In this document: positions 18,958 through 27,068 of the stretch, piece after piece
How the letters are laid out: each line of letters begins with the position of its first letter
Numbering within the stretch: position 1 is the stretch's first letter
NCBI GenBank assembly: GCA_003649515.1
Contig: QMSC01000001.1
Location: 1 to 39,956 of the forward strand
Length of the DNA stretch: 39,956 nucleotides
DNA from: Thermoprotei archaeon
GTDB lineage: Archaea; Thermoproteota; Thermoprotei; Thermofilales; B20-G17
Direction of reading: 5' to 3'
Notes under the pieces: generated by a model
Seen by the model: only the letters and a program-made list of their open reading frames with translations
The model's database searches: none
Told to the model about the DNA's origin: nothing
Made by a program: the position numbers and the translations under genes

Positions 18958-19626
18958 TTGTTGAGGGAAAAGGTGCCGCCTTACTTCTCGATACAAGTTG
19001 CGAGAAAAGTTCAACGTTACCTATCATCCAAAATCGTAATGAAGGACTTGCTGCCCCCCTTTATAGAGACCGTTGCTGGAATAGACCTTGCATACAGCGG
19101 CAACCTCGCAGTAGCCGCCGCAGTCCTCTTAGACTATCAAACTCTTCAAGTTCTCGAGAAAAAAGTTGCTGTTACAAAGGTAATGTTCCCCTATGTCCCT
19201 ACGCTACTCTCCTTTAGAGAACTTAAGGCAGCCTTTCTAGCGTATAAACACCTATCTCAAACCCCTGATGTGATACTAGTTGACGCCCATGGATACTCCC
19301 ATCCATTTCGGTTGGGATTTGCAAGTCACTTTGGAGTAGTCGTTAAAAAGCCTACAATAGGCGTGGCGAAAAAGCTACTATGCGGCGAGATCGGACCATG
19401 GAAGAACAACTGGGCACCCATAGTTGCTGAGGGCGAAGTCATAGGCGCCGCCCTAAGAACCCGAAAAGGCATTAAACCGATATATATAAGTGTGGGGAAT
19501 ATGGTAACCCTCAACACAGCAATAAAAATAGTGCTTCACACCACGAGAAGATATCGTATTCCCGAACCTGTTAGACAAGCACATATGGAATGCACCAGAA
19601 TAGCTCGACTTCTCAGGTCACTATGA
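18958..19626 (+). CDS. nfi: Endonuclease V
   Basis: AG.D.AY, FPYVPTLLSFRE, VDAHG..HP...G.ASH.G, PTIGVAK, PIYISVG, RIPEP.R.AH. Confidence 0.95.
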   Translation: MLREKVPPYFSIQVARKVQRYLSSKIVMKDLLPPFIETVAGIDLAYSGNLAVAAAVLLDYQTLQVLEKKVAVTKVMFPYVPTLLSFRELKAAFLAYKHLSQTPDVILVDAHGYSHPFRLGFASHFGVVVKKPTIGVAKKLLCGEIGPWKNNWAPIVAEGEVIGAALRTRKGIKPIYISVGNMVTLNTAIKIVLHTTRRYRIPEPVRQAHMECTRIARLLRSL

Positions 19627-20322
19627 GCCCTCTCCAAGCTCCCTTATACGTTCGATTATCTTCGAGGTCTTACATAATTCTTCTTCAAAAGCCTCGCTTA
19701 ATTGTAAGAGCTTTACGTTAGTCTTCCCGCTTTTCTGGAGGACCTCTTTAACCTTTTCCATCAGCTCCCTCTGATCAGGACCAAAGAGAATTACATCAGG
19801 CTTAACATCCTCTACAACCTTTAAGACATCGAACTTCTCATCCCCTAGCACTACCTTATATACATACTTCATGGACTCCAGTAGCTTCCTCCTAAGACCT
19901 TCGGGAAAGACGGGATTATGTCCTTTAAATTTCCTTACTGTCGAATCACGTGCAAGAACTATTACCACCCTTCCAAGATCCCAGGCCTGCCTTAAGAAGA
20001 AGATATGTCCCGGATGTAGTATGTCAAAAACCCCTCCCACTAAGACAGTTTTCCTCGAAGGTCTTTCCCAGGAAAAGTTTACTAGCCCCTGAAAGCGCAG
20101 GGCATCGAGCAACCCCTCGGCGTACGCTATACAGGCAAGGCTGGTAAAAAGGTCTTCCTTTTCAAGATAGTATCTTGCATCGTTTACATAAGCTTTCGCT
20201 AAATCTACTATTTCACTTACAACGGGTTTTCTCGCGCTCTTTGAGAATTCGACGCTCTCAAGGACTTTCTCAACACTCTTTATGTACTCTTCGATCTTAG
20301 CTTTTTTACCCTTGAAGACCAA
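19621..20322 (-). CDS. DUF357 domain fused to FAD synthase-like (RibL) cytidylyltransferase domain
   Basis: N-terminal AKAY..DARYYLEK.D..TSLACIAYAEGLLDA (DUF357). C-terminal GG.FDILHPGH, ARD, KPD.I..G.DQ, TSKII. TTG 20322 has a GGTGA RBS. Confidence 0.85.
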   Translation of the reverse strand: MVFKGKKAKIEEYIKSVEKVLESVEFSKSARKPVVSEIVDLAKAYVNDARYYLEKEDLFTSLACIAYAEGLLDALRFQGLVNFSWERPSRKTVLVGGVFDILHPGHIFFLRQAWDLGRVVIVLARDSTVRKFKGHNPVFPEGLRRKLLESMKYVYKVVLGDEKFDVLKVVEDVKPDVILFGPDQRELMEKVKEVLQKSGKTNVKLLQLSEAFEEELCKTSKIIERIRELGEGS

Positions 20323-21122
20323 TGTTTCACCACAGTTTTTGGTGCCCCACAAATATATATTAACACTTCTTCCTCAAGCGGATGTAAATCTCCCGGTATT
20401 ATCAAGCTGTGAGGAGGAGGGCCAAAGTTATATTGGAGTAGATCTTTAAAAGAGCCCGCACGTATCACTTCATTATCAGAGCCTATCCTCCCCAGCCCTA
20501 TTCCAAGAGCTCCCAAATCTATAATGCCTTTATTCTCGAATTCCTCCATTCTTAAAAGGAGTTTAAGAGCATCTTCGACTCTCATTAATCTGCTCCTTTC
20601 AACCTTTATATCAAGAAAGAAGAAGGTATGAAGACCCCTTAATAGATTATCATATAATACCTCGTAAGGATAAGTTGAGAAGAATTCTTCTTCAGGGAAG
20701 ACTATCGTTGCACTTTTCCCAAATTTATATGCTTGAAGTCCCGTCGCGCTGATACCAGCGGAGAGAATAGAAGGAGCATGTATAACCTTAGTTGGTATGC
20801 CAGCCTTCTCCGCTTCAATTCTGATAAAGATATGCGTCGTTGCAATAAAGGGGTCACCTATAACGGCTATTACAATATCTCTTAAAGCGGCTTCTTTAAG
20901 GATCCTTCGATAGTCCTCACCTTCGAGAAACTCTCTATCAACGAAAGACACCTTGGCTTGATCAACGTACTCGCTGAGTACTACTTTAAAGTCGGAGTTC
21001 ACGAACAGGCTCGTATAATTATCGACGTATATCCTATCAGCCCTTTTAAGAACATCTAAAGCCTTGAGCGATATATCCTTTGAGCTTAGACCTAAACCAA
21101 CAAAATAGAGCAAAGCGATCAC
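20280..21122 (-). CDS. dph5: Diphthine synthase
   Basis: L.FVGLGL...DIS, Y.D.YTS, GDPF.ATTH, GLQ.YKFG...TI, GLHT...LD, FG.PPHSLIIPG.LH..E. Confidence 0.95.
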   Translation of the reverse strand: MIALLYFVGLGLSSKDISLKALDVLKRADRIYVDNYTSLFVNSDFKVVLSEYVDQAKVSFVDREFLEGEDYRRILKEAALRDIVIAVIGDPFIATTHIFIRIEAEKAGIPTKVIHAPSILSAGISATGLQAYKFGKSATIVFPEEEFFSTYPYEVLYDNLLRGLHTFFFLDIKVERSRLMRVEDALKLLLRMEEFENKGIIDLGALGIGLGRIGSDNEVIRAGSFKDLLQYNFGPPPHSLIIPGDLHPLEEEVLIYICGAPKTVVKHWSSRVKKLRSKST

Positions 21123-21131
21123 CGGTTACCA

Positions 21132-21245
21132 CGGGCCCGGCGGGATTCGAACCCGCGACCCCCGGGTTTCTCTCACAAGATTGGTTAAGAGCCTCACCCA
21201 CCTCTACCGGGTGTCCGGTGCTCTACCAGGCTAAGCTACGGGCCC
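21132..21245 (-). tRNA. tRNA-Lys(CTT) with two introns (30/31: 21214-21193; 37/38: 21185-21168)
   Basis: Removing a 22-nt and an 18-nt intron, each bounded by a bulge-helix-bulge, gives the 74-nt cloverleaf GGGCCCG...CCGGG-CTCTTAA-CCCGG...TTCGAAT...CGGGCCCG. Confidence 0.93.
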
Positions 21246-21270
21246 TGCTTTAGGTAGTATCGTGCCTAGG

Positions 21271-21284
21271 ATTATAAATTTTTC
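21271..21284 (-). promoter_or_regulatory. BRE/TATA promoter of tRNA-Lys
   Basis: GAAAAATTTATAAT on the minus strand, about 26 nt upstream of the tRNA 5' end. Confidence 0.7.
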
Positions 21285-21362
21285 TGGCATTTAATGCGTC
21301 TATAACCTCTCGCAGAACAGTACATTTATGTAAATTCCCCAGTTTATAATTGGGGGTATACA

Positions 21363-21818
21363 ATGTTAGCGATCTTAGAGGCCACAGCAATAGTTATCTT
21401 AATAGCACTATCAAACGCCGTACTTCAGAGATTAGTCCTAAACGTTAGGAAAATTGAAAGGCTCTCACAGGAGATACACCGATGGCAAGAAATACGCGAG
21501 GAATCCATAAGGAAGAAGGATAAGAAACTCTTCTTGAAGACGGAAAGGGAAAAGAGAAGAATTAAAAAGTTAAAGGCCGAGCTAGATAAGGAGAAGGCTA
21601 AGAATTACGCTATCTCGATAGCGCTTTGGTTTGCTGGCCTTAAGCTGGCCGAAATGATACTTGGAAAAGGGTTTTCAATATACTTACCCCCTTTAGGAAT
21701 TCCTATAGGTTTCATTGGATGGTATATCATCGTTAGCCTATGGATGTTCCCACTGTCGAGTAGAGTTATTGCGGGTAGAGTTTATGCTATGCTCTCAACA
21801 GTTAGAGGTTGGATGTAG
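21363..21818 (+). CDS. DUF106 / EMC3-TMCO1 (Oxa1 superfamily) membrane protein
   Basis: TM - charged coiled coil - 2 TM topology, GFIGWYI..S motif, adjacent to rpl34e and cmk. Confidence 0.8.
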   Translation: MLAILEATAIVILIALSNAVLQRLVLNVRKIERLSQEIHRWQEIREESIRKKDKKLFLKTEREKRRIKKLKAELDKEKAKNYAISIALWFAGLKLAEMILGKGFSIYLPPLGIPIGFIGWYIIVSLWMFPLSSRVIAGRVYAMLSTVRGWM

Positions 21819-21864
21819 CAGAAGAAATAAATACGAATAAGTAATTTAAGGTGGCGGGACCTCG

Positions 21865-22140
21865 ATGGGACATACGCCTCGTTCCAGAAGGTTAAGAAGA
21901 ACGATTGTTAGAACGCCTGGCGGTAGACTAGCCATCCACTACAAAAAGAGAAAATACGACGTGCCTAAGTGCGCCATCTGCAAGCACCCCCTAAACGGAT
22001 TCCCCAAACTTAGGCCTAAGGACGTTAGAAAGGGTCATAGACCTCCCACTAGAATTTTCGGCGGATACTTATGTGCTAACTGCTTAGAAAAATTCATTCG
22101 AGAAAAGGTCATGTCGCAGTACTCTACATCGGGCGCCTAA
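21865..22140 (+). CDS. rpl34e: 50S ribosomal protein L34e (eL34)
   Basis: VRTPGGR...HY, PKCAIC..PL.G, RP.R.FGG.LC..C. Confidence 0.96.
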   Translation: MGHTPRSRRLRRTIVRTPGGRLAIHYKKRKYDVPKCAICKHPLNGFPKLRPKDVRKGHRPPTRIFGGYLCANCLEKFIREKVMSQYSTSGA

Positions 22141-22141
22141 C

Positions 22142-22699
22142 ATGCCCCGAAAACTAGTCATAGCTATTAGCGGGCAGGTAGGCGCGGGAAAGACAACTTA
22201 TGCTAAAAGACTAGCCGAGGAGTTTAACCTAAAGTACGTTTCAAGTGGAATGCTTTTCAGAAAGATCGCTGAAGAACTGGGAGTCTCCCTGCTACAACTG
22301 CACGAAATGGCTGAAAAGGACCCAAAGTATGACTTAATGATCGATAAAAACGCCATAAAAGTTGCTAAAGAGGGAAATGTTGTAGTAGAGGGACACTTGG
22401 CTGCATGGGTACTCGCAGACATTGCTGATATAAAGGTCCTGCTTATAGCCCCTCTTAACGTTAGAGCTGAGAGACTAGCCCAAAGAGATGGAAAAAGCTT
22501 CAAGAAATCACTACAGGAGATTAGGAAAAGGGAAGAGAGTAACAGGAAAAGATGTTTAAAATACTATGGGAAGGATACAAAGGACTGGAGCATATTTAAT
22601 CTCATAATAGACACTAGCAAACTTAGCATCGACGGGGTCTACCGGATACTTAGAGAATACGTTAGAACTTATATAGAAGAACACGAAGAAGAGCGGTAG
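22142..22699 (+). CDS. cmk: Cytidylate kinase
   Basis: P-loop ISGQVGAGKTT, SSG..FR..A, VVEGHLA.W, RE.S...R...YYG. Confidence 0.93.
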   Translation: MPRKLVIAISGQVGAGKTTYAKRLAEEFNLKYVSSGMLFRKIAEELGVSLLQLHEMAEKDPKYDLMIDKNAIKVAKEGNVVVEGHLAAWVLADIADIKVLLIAPLNVRAERLAQRDGKSFKKSLQEIRKREESNRKRCLKYYGKDTKDWSIFNLIIDTSKLSIDGVYRILREYVRTYIEEHEEER

Positions 22700-22741
22700 A
22701 TAGGCTACCTAACCTTTGAATTGTCATCCTTCACTCTATTC

Positions 22742-23212
22742 TCATATACAAAAAAGCATCTCACAGTAGGGGTCTCCCACAGCCCTGCATTTAATCTCGA
22801 GAGATTCCCGAATCTTAAGCCCCGTGAGACCTTCTATAAGACCTTCTAGGTAACCTCTAGTGAATAAACATGTAGGCTCGCGAGAAGGCTTCATGAAATC
22901 GGATTCGAATCCATTGTATACGCGGATTCTTATCTCCCTCCTGAAGAGATCTATGTTCATTACCTTTACCTCTCCGAATCCTTGCTCAGTTAGGACTCTT
23001 TCTAGTTCCCTTACAAATGCCTCTCTCTTTACGTGAAAATCCTCCTGCCTCGTTGAGCTTATATTGCGGCCCTCAACAAGCCCCATTTGAAAGCCTAAGT
23101 GGAAGTATATTACCCTTATTCCATTACCTCCCTGTAAGGCTAAGTTTTTGAAAGCTATTCCAAGGCTTTCCGCCCTTAACTTTATTTCTCTATTCTTACT
23201 GACAGCTATCAC
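22742..23212 (-). CDS. V4R (4-vinyl reductase) domain protein
   Basis: GFG, PTCLFTRGYLEG, E.KC.A.GDPYCE signature. GTG 23212 follows GGTGGGA, with a TATA near 23250; the ORF track starts at 23275. Confidence 0.85.
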   Translation of the reverse strand: MIAVSKNREIKLRAESLGIAFKNLALQGGNGIRVIYFHLGFQMGLVEGRNISSTRQEDFHVKREAFVRELERVLTEQGFGEVKVMNIDLFRREIRIRVYNGFESDFMKPSREPTCLFTRGYLEGLIEGLTGLKIRESLEIKCRAVGDPYCEMLFCI

Positions 23213-23247
23213 TTCCCACCACTTCTCATTCTTTAATGCCCTAAGCA

Positions 23248-23370
23248 ATATATAAATTTTGCCATTGAATTGCAAAAATTTTCAATTTAGAGCTCAATTT
23301 TTGATTGAAATTGCATCATGCACTGATCTATTGCATCTATGTAGCAATTCTCATGCAAAAGTTTATATAT
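23248..23370. promoter_or_regulatory. Divergent promoters with repeated ATTGCA/ATGCA motifs (candidate operators)
   Basis: Minus-strand AAAATTTATATA (about 23249-23260) and plus-strand AAAAGTTTATATA (about 23357-23369). ATTGCA at 23269, 23310 and 23330. Confidence 0.55.
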
Positions 23371-23399
23371 CCCTTTTTTAATAACTATTCCGATGAGAT

Positions 23400-23759
23400 A
23401 TGAAAATATATAGGATCCTAGCGATAATAATTATAACATTACTGATATCAACCACTATAGCCAGCGTAGCTACCTATGCAAAGCCTTGCGGTGCCATAGT
23501 GACAAAGCAAGTTGTACCAAAAGAGATTAAGCAGCTTATTAATGACATTTTAAAAAATCCTGCTAACATTCTCGAATTGATAGGGGGTATACTGAAAGAT
23601 TTTAATGCAACGGTAGCGATAGCGAGCGAGCCTCCTCCTGATGCGATAGTATTAGGGCCAACGTTTCCAAATGGATACTGGATCATAATATACCTCCCAA
23701 ATGGAGTTATAATAGCAATAGACCCGCGTGAAAGCGGAGGGCCCTCACTACCAGTGTAA
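23400..23759 (+). CDS. Small secreted hypothetical protein
   Basis: MK..R plus hydrophobic core plus T-Y-A cleavage-like site; directly downstream of a TATA box. Confidence 0.7.
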   Translation: MKIYRILAIIIITLLISTTIASVATYAKPCGAIVTKQVVPKEIKQLINDILKNPANILELIGGILKDFNATVAIASEPPPDAIVLGPTFPNGYWIIIYLPNGVIIAIDPRESGGPSLPV

Positions 23760-23824
23760 ACAGCTTCCTAACACCGCGTTACAGAGACTTCCTTAGAATA
23801 TAGTATCTACCTAATAGCTAAGCA

Positions 23825-24925
23825 GTGGTGATATTGGTGAAAGCAAGGTATATCCAACTGCTCAATGCGCTAGTAAAAAACCCTACTGCTAGTTTTAATC
23901 AGCTAGCTAAGGTACTAGGCGTATCTCCATCAACTGTTCGGAATGCGTTTAACACCTTAGTTAGTGAAGAATATATTTCACTAATATACGCCATTGTCAA
24001 TTACCCAGCTATTCAGAGGGAAATTGTCGCCACCTTTATAGAAGCCCCTTCAAAAACTTGGCCTGTTCTTGAGCGAGCTTTAGATGAATTCTTCTACCTT
24101 AGAACTAGAGCTAGGTGTATAGGAGTTATTAGTGGCGTTCATGCGTTCTTTGCCATACCTACGGGCACTCTACCCTACTTAAGGGAATTTTTAGATACTT
24201 TAAAGGATCTAAATTTACTGGGATCCTACAATATTCTCACACCGGCCACTAAGTGGTTTTACTCAGAGCCTAACTTTACAGTGTTCGATAAAGAAGATTT
24301 CACCTGGAATGTTAACTGGATTGAATGGAAAAATCTCATCTCAACGGTAGAGCCAGAGGTCATAGAGGTTCCCAGCAGGTCTCTAATGGATAGACTGACG
24401 CTAGCGGACTTCAAAATTTTAGATAGACTTACCATCAGGGCTCGCATAAGCAAAACTGAGCTAGCTAGGTTTGCAGGTCTGAAATCTTACGAGCTATCAC
24501 GTCGCCTGAAGTTTCTGCACGGAAACAAAGTCATATTAAAGTATCGTGTTGCACTGGGCGCAAAATTCCTTGAAAGACTTACAAATCTCGCTATAAACGC
24601 TAAATGTAGTAGTAAAACGACCAGAAGGCTTGCTGCCGCGTTTAAAACCCTTCCTTATCAATCCACATTCATACCCACAAAGGAAGGCTTCCTACTCTAC
24701 ACACTCATACCGTCAAAGGATTTCATAAACCTCTCGGCAATACTACACGATTACTGCGATCGAATAGAAGTCGCGTGGCTCGATTATCGCCACAGCAAGG
24801 TCTGGAACATAGCTTATGAAGCGTACAGGGATGGCAAGTGGGACTCATCTTATGAGTTCATGGTTGAACAGCCCTTAAGGAACATTAGAGAGAAATTAAT
24901 GAAATCCACTCCTTATCCTCAATAG
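23825..24925 (+). CDS. Tandem-duplicated Lrp/AsnC-type wHTH transcriptional regulator
   Basis: Two HTH units: LL.AL..NP.AS...LAK.LGVS.STV and D.KIL..L...ARIS..ELAR..GL....LSRRL..L. Confidence 0.8.
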   Translation: MVILVKARYIQLLNALVKNPTASFNQLAKVLGVSPSTVRNAFNTLVSEEYISLIYAIVNYPAIQREIVATFIEAPSKTWPVLERALDEFFYLRTRARCIGVISGVHAFFAIPTGTLPYLREFLDTLKDLNLLGSYNILTPATKWFYSEPNFTVFDKEDFTWNVNWIEWKNLISTVEPEVIEVPSRSLMDRLTLADFKILDRLTIRARISKTELARFAGLKSYELSRRLKFLHGNKVILKYRVALGAKFLERLTNLAINAKCSSKTTRRLAAAFKTLPYQSTFIPTKEGFLLYTLIPSKDFINLSAILHDYCDRIEVAWLDYRHSKVWNIAYEAYRDGKWDSSYEFMVEQPLRNIREKLMKSTPYPQ

Positions 24926-25486
24926 CTTTTTTAATTCGCTTTCTTTCCCATAAAACCTAATGAGACTTATTACGGAGATTATTAAAGCCGCTTCTGCCAC
25001 ACCAGGCAGTATTACCATGAGAGAAGGGATACGTATAAAGAGCATGACAATAGCTATAGCTATCAAACTCAACCCCAACGTTATGAGGGATATAAAGCTC
25101 TCCCTCTCTCTTTCAATAAGCTCGCGCAATATATCATGAGGTCTTTCAGCTTCAGCAGCTTTTCCCAGCAACTTCTCCAGCTCAAAACGAATATCGCTTA
25201 CGCGCTTATCTATGACCTCCCAGACCTTATCTATCGAAGAGCCCTCACTAGAGCCCGTTAGAATATTCTGTATCTCGTCTAGCACCTCTAGGAAAACACT
25301 GTTCTCTAGAAAACGCCCTAGAAATATTAAAAAGCCCAACTTCCCTGTCCTCGTTAAAGATTTTATCCGCTTCTCATACTCCTTGAACTCCATTTTACTT
25401 TTAAGGTGAAATATTACTGAAAGAGCTATCACTATAAATCCCAATACAAGCACTATGAAACCTATTTCCTCTATCCCGGCTAACAT
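24896..25486 (-). CDS. Hypothetical membrane protein (about 3 TM)
   Basis: N-terminal TM, charged helical middle, two C-terminal TMs. Confidence 0.65.
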   Translation of the reverse strand: MLAGIEEIGFIVLVLGFIVIALSVIFHLKSKMEFKEYEKRIKSLTRTGKLGFLIFLGRFLENSVFLEVLDEIQNILTGSSEGSSIDKVWEVIDKRVSDIRFELEKLLGKAAEAERPHDILRELIERERESFISLITLGLSLIAIAIVMLFIRIPSLMVILPGVAEAALIISVISLIRFYGKESELKKLLRIRSGFH

Positions 25487-25621
25487 TCTTTATATCCTCT
25501 TTGACTAATTTTATGTTGATATCTATACTGTAAAAATCTATTTTATATTTAACTAAATTAACACCTTGATACAGGAAAATAAAGGTAATACTTCAAATGG
25601 GGGAGTGGGAGGAGATATGTA

Positions 25622-26371
25622 TTGATCATAACATTCTTAGGAACCGCAGGCAGTGCCCCTTACCACGAACATAGTCTTCCATCGATCCTCGTGAGCAAGA
25701 AGATCCTTCTCGATTGTGGAGAAGGAGCTACTTCTGCGCTCCAGAAAGCCGGGGCATTAGACGAATTAGAGTACGTGCTTCTAACACATTTTCATGGAGA
25801 CCACGTGTCTGGCCTCATATCGCTCATTTGGATATATATGCTGAGAGGAAGAGCGAGGAAGCTCACAGTAATAGGTCCCAGGGGAGTTGGCTCAAATGTA
25901 ATCCAACTACTAAAGCTAGTTAATACTCCTATGGAAAGAATTCGCAAGTTTCTAGTATTAAGGGAAATAAAGCCTGGAGAGAATATAGGATTCATATTCG
26001 CTGAGGAGGCTAATCACCCCACACCTTCGCTTGCTTTCAGAATAGAAATAGAGGGGAGGGCTTTGTGTTATACTGGTGACACATCGCCCTCCGAGAAGAT
26101 AATTAAGCTCGCTAAGGGTTGTGAATTATTGATCCACGACGCAACATTCCCTCCTGGAATGGAGGAAGAGGCACTGGCTGTGGGTCATTCAACTCCATAT
26201 CAGGCAGCAGTAAGCGCACAAAAAGCCGGTGTAAAAAAGTTAGTACTCTTTCATTTACCCTACTACTACTTCGGAGGAGAGGAGTTCATAAAGGACTACT
26301 TAGCAGCCGCACGAAAGGTATTTAGTGGAGAAATTTACGTACCAAGAGAATTTGAAATCATATCCATTTAA
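25622..26371 (+). CDS. MBL-fold metallo-hydrolase, RNase Z-like
   Basis: FLGT.G..P, LLDCGEG, THFHGDH, YTGDT, LIHDATF, HST, LFH. Confidence 0.88.
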   Translation: MIITFLGTAGSAPYHEHSLPSILVSKKILLDCGEGATSALQKAGALDELEYVLLTHFHGDHVSGLISLIWIYMLRGRARKLTVIGPRGVGSNVIQLLKLVNTPMERIRKFLVLREIKPGENIGFIFAEEANHPTPSLAFRIEIEGRALCYTGDTSPSEKIIKLAKGCELLIHDATFPPGMEEEALAVGHSTPYQAAVSAQKAGVKKLVLFHLPYYYFGGEEFIKDYLAAARKVFSGEIYVPREFEIISI

Positions 26372-26442
26372 GTGTTCATACTATTTAGCTGTTTGAACAC
26401 CATGCTTTAATACAGGCGTTGGAGAACTGACCTTGAGGACTA

Positions 26443-27009
26443 ATGAAAAGCAATGCTGGTAGAAAATCTCGACGAGTAGCACTAATAGCGTTAAACGCTG
26501 CACTATACGCTGTTTTCATCCTTGTAACTGCATACATTACAACTCCTTTCATCATACAATTCAGGTCCGCTGTAATAGTGCCCGCGATTTTTGCTGCTCT
26601 TTATGGACCTCTTATTGGAGGATTTGGAGCGGCTTTAGGTACATTCATTGCAAGCATTATCAGATATGGGTCACCCATCTTAACGATATTTAGCGGAACA
26701 CCTGGAAATTTCGTGTGCTTCTACCTTCTAGGCTATATAGCCCGAAAATATTCCGAGAGAGATAGGTGGCTCCTTGGATATATCATTGGGTCAGTAGTAG
26801 GGCTTCTTGCGGGCTTTACAATAATAGCCTTGGGACTGTACTTCCTCGCAGCAGTTGTAGGAATGAAAACTCTGCTAGCATGGACTAATACATCGTTCAT
26901 AACAATGGCACTAGCCTTTGGTATAGTAAGCGAACTACCATTCATGCTTATCCTGGGCCCTCCCATAATAAGGGCTTTAAAGAGAGAAAGGCTCGGTAGC
27001 GGTCCTTAA
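26443..27009 (+). CDS. ECF transporter S component
   Basis: ALYA, QFR...IVPA......GP..GG.GAA.G.FI pattern; about 6 TMs, 188 aa. Confidence 0.8.
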   Translation: MKSNAGRKSRRVALIALNAALYAVFILVTAYITTPFIIQFRSAVIVPAIFAALYGPLIGGFGAALGTFIASIIRYGSPILTIFSGTPGNFVCFYLLGYIARKYSERDRWLLGYIIGSVVGLLAGFTIIALGLYFLAAVVGMKTLLAWTNTSFITMALAFGIVSELPFMLILGPPIIRALKRERLGSGP

Positions 27010-27068
27010 AGGAGATTTTAAGCGAAGGACTATTTAGACCGAATGAATACCGTACATAGGTTACCTAA

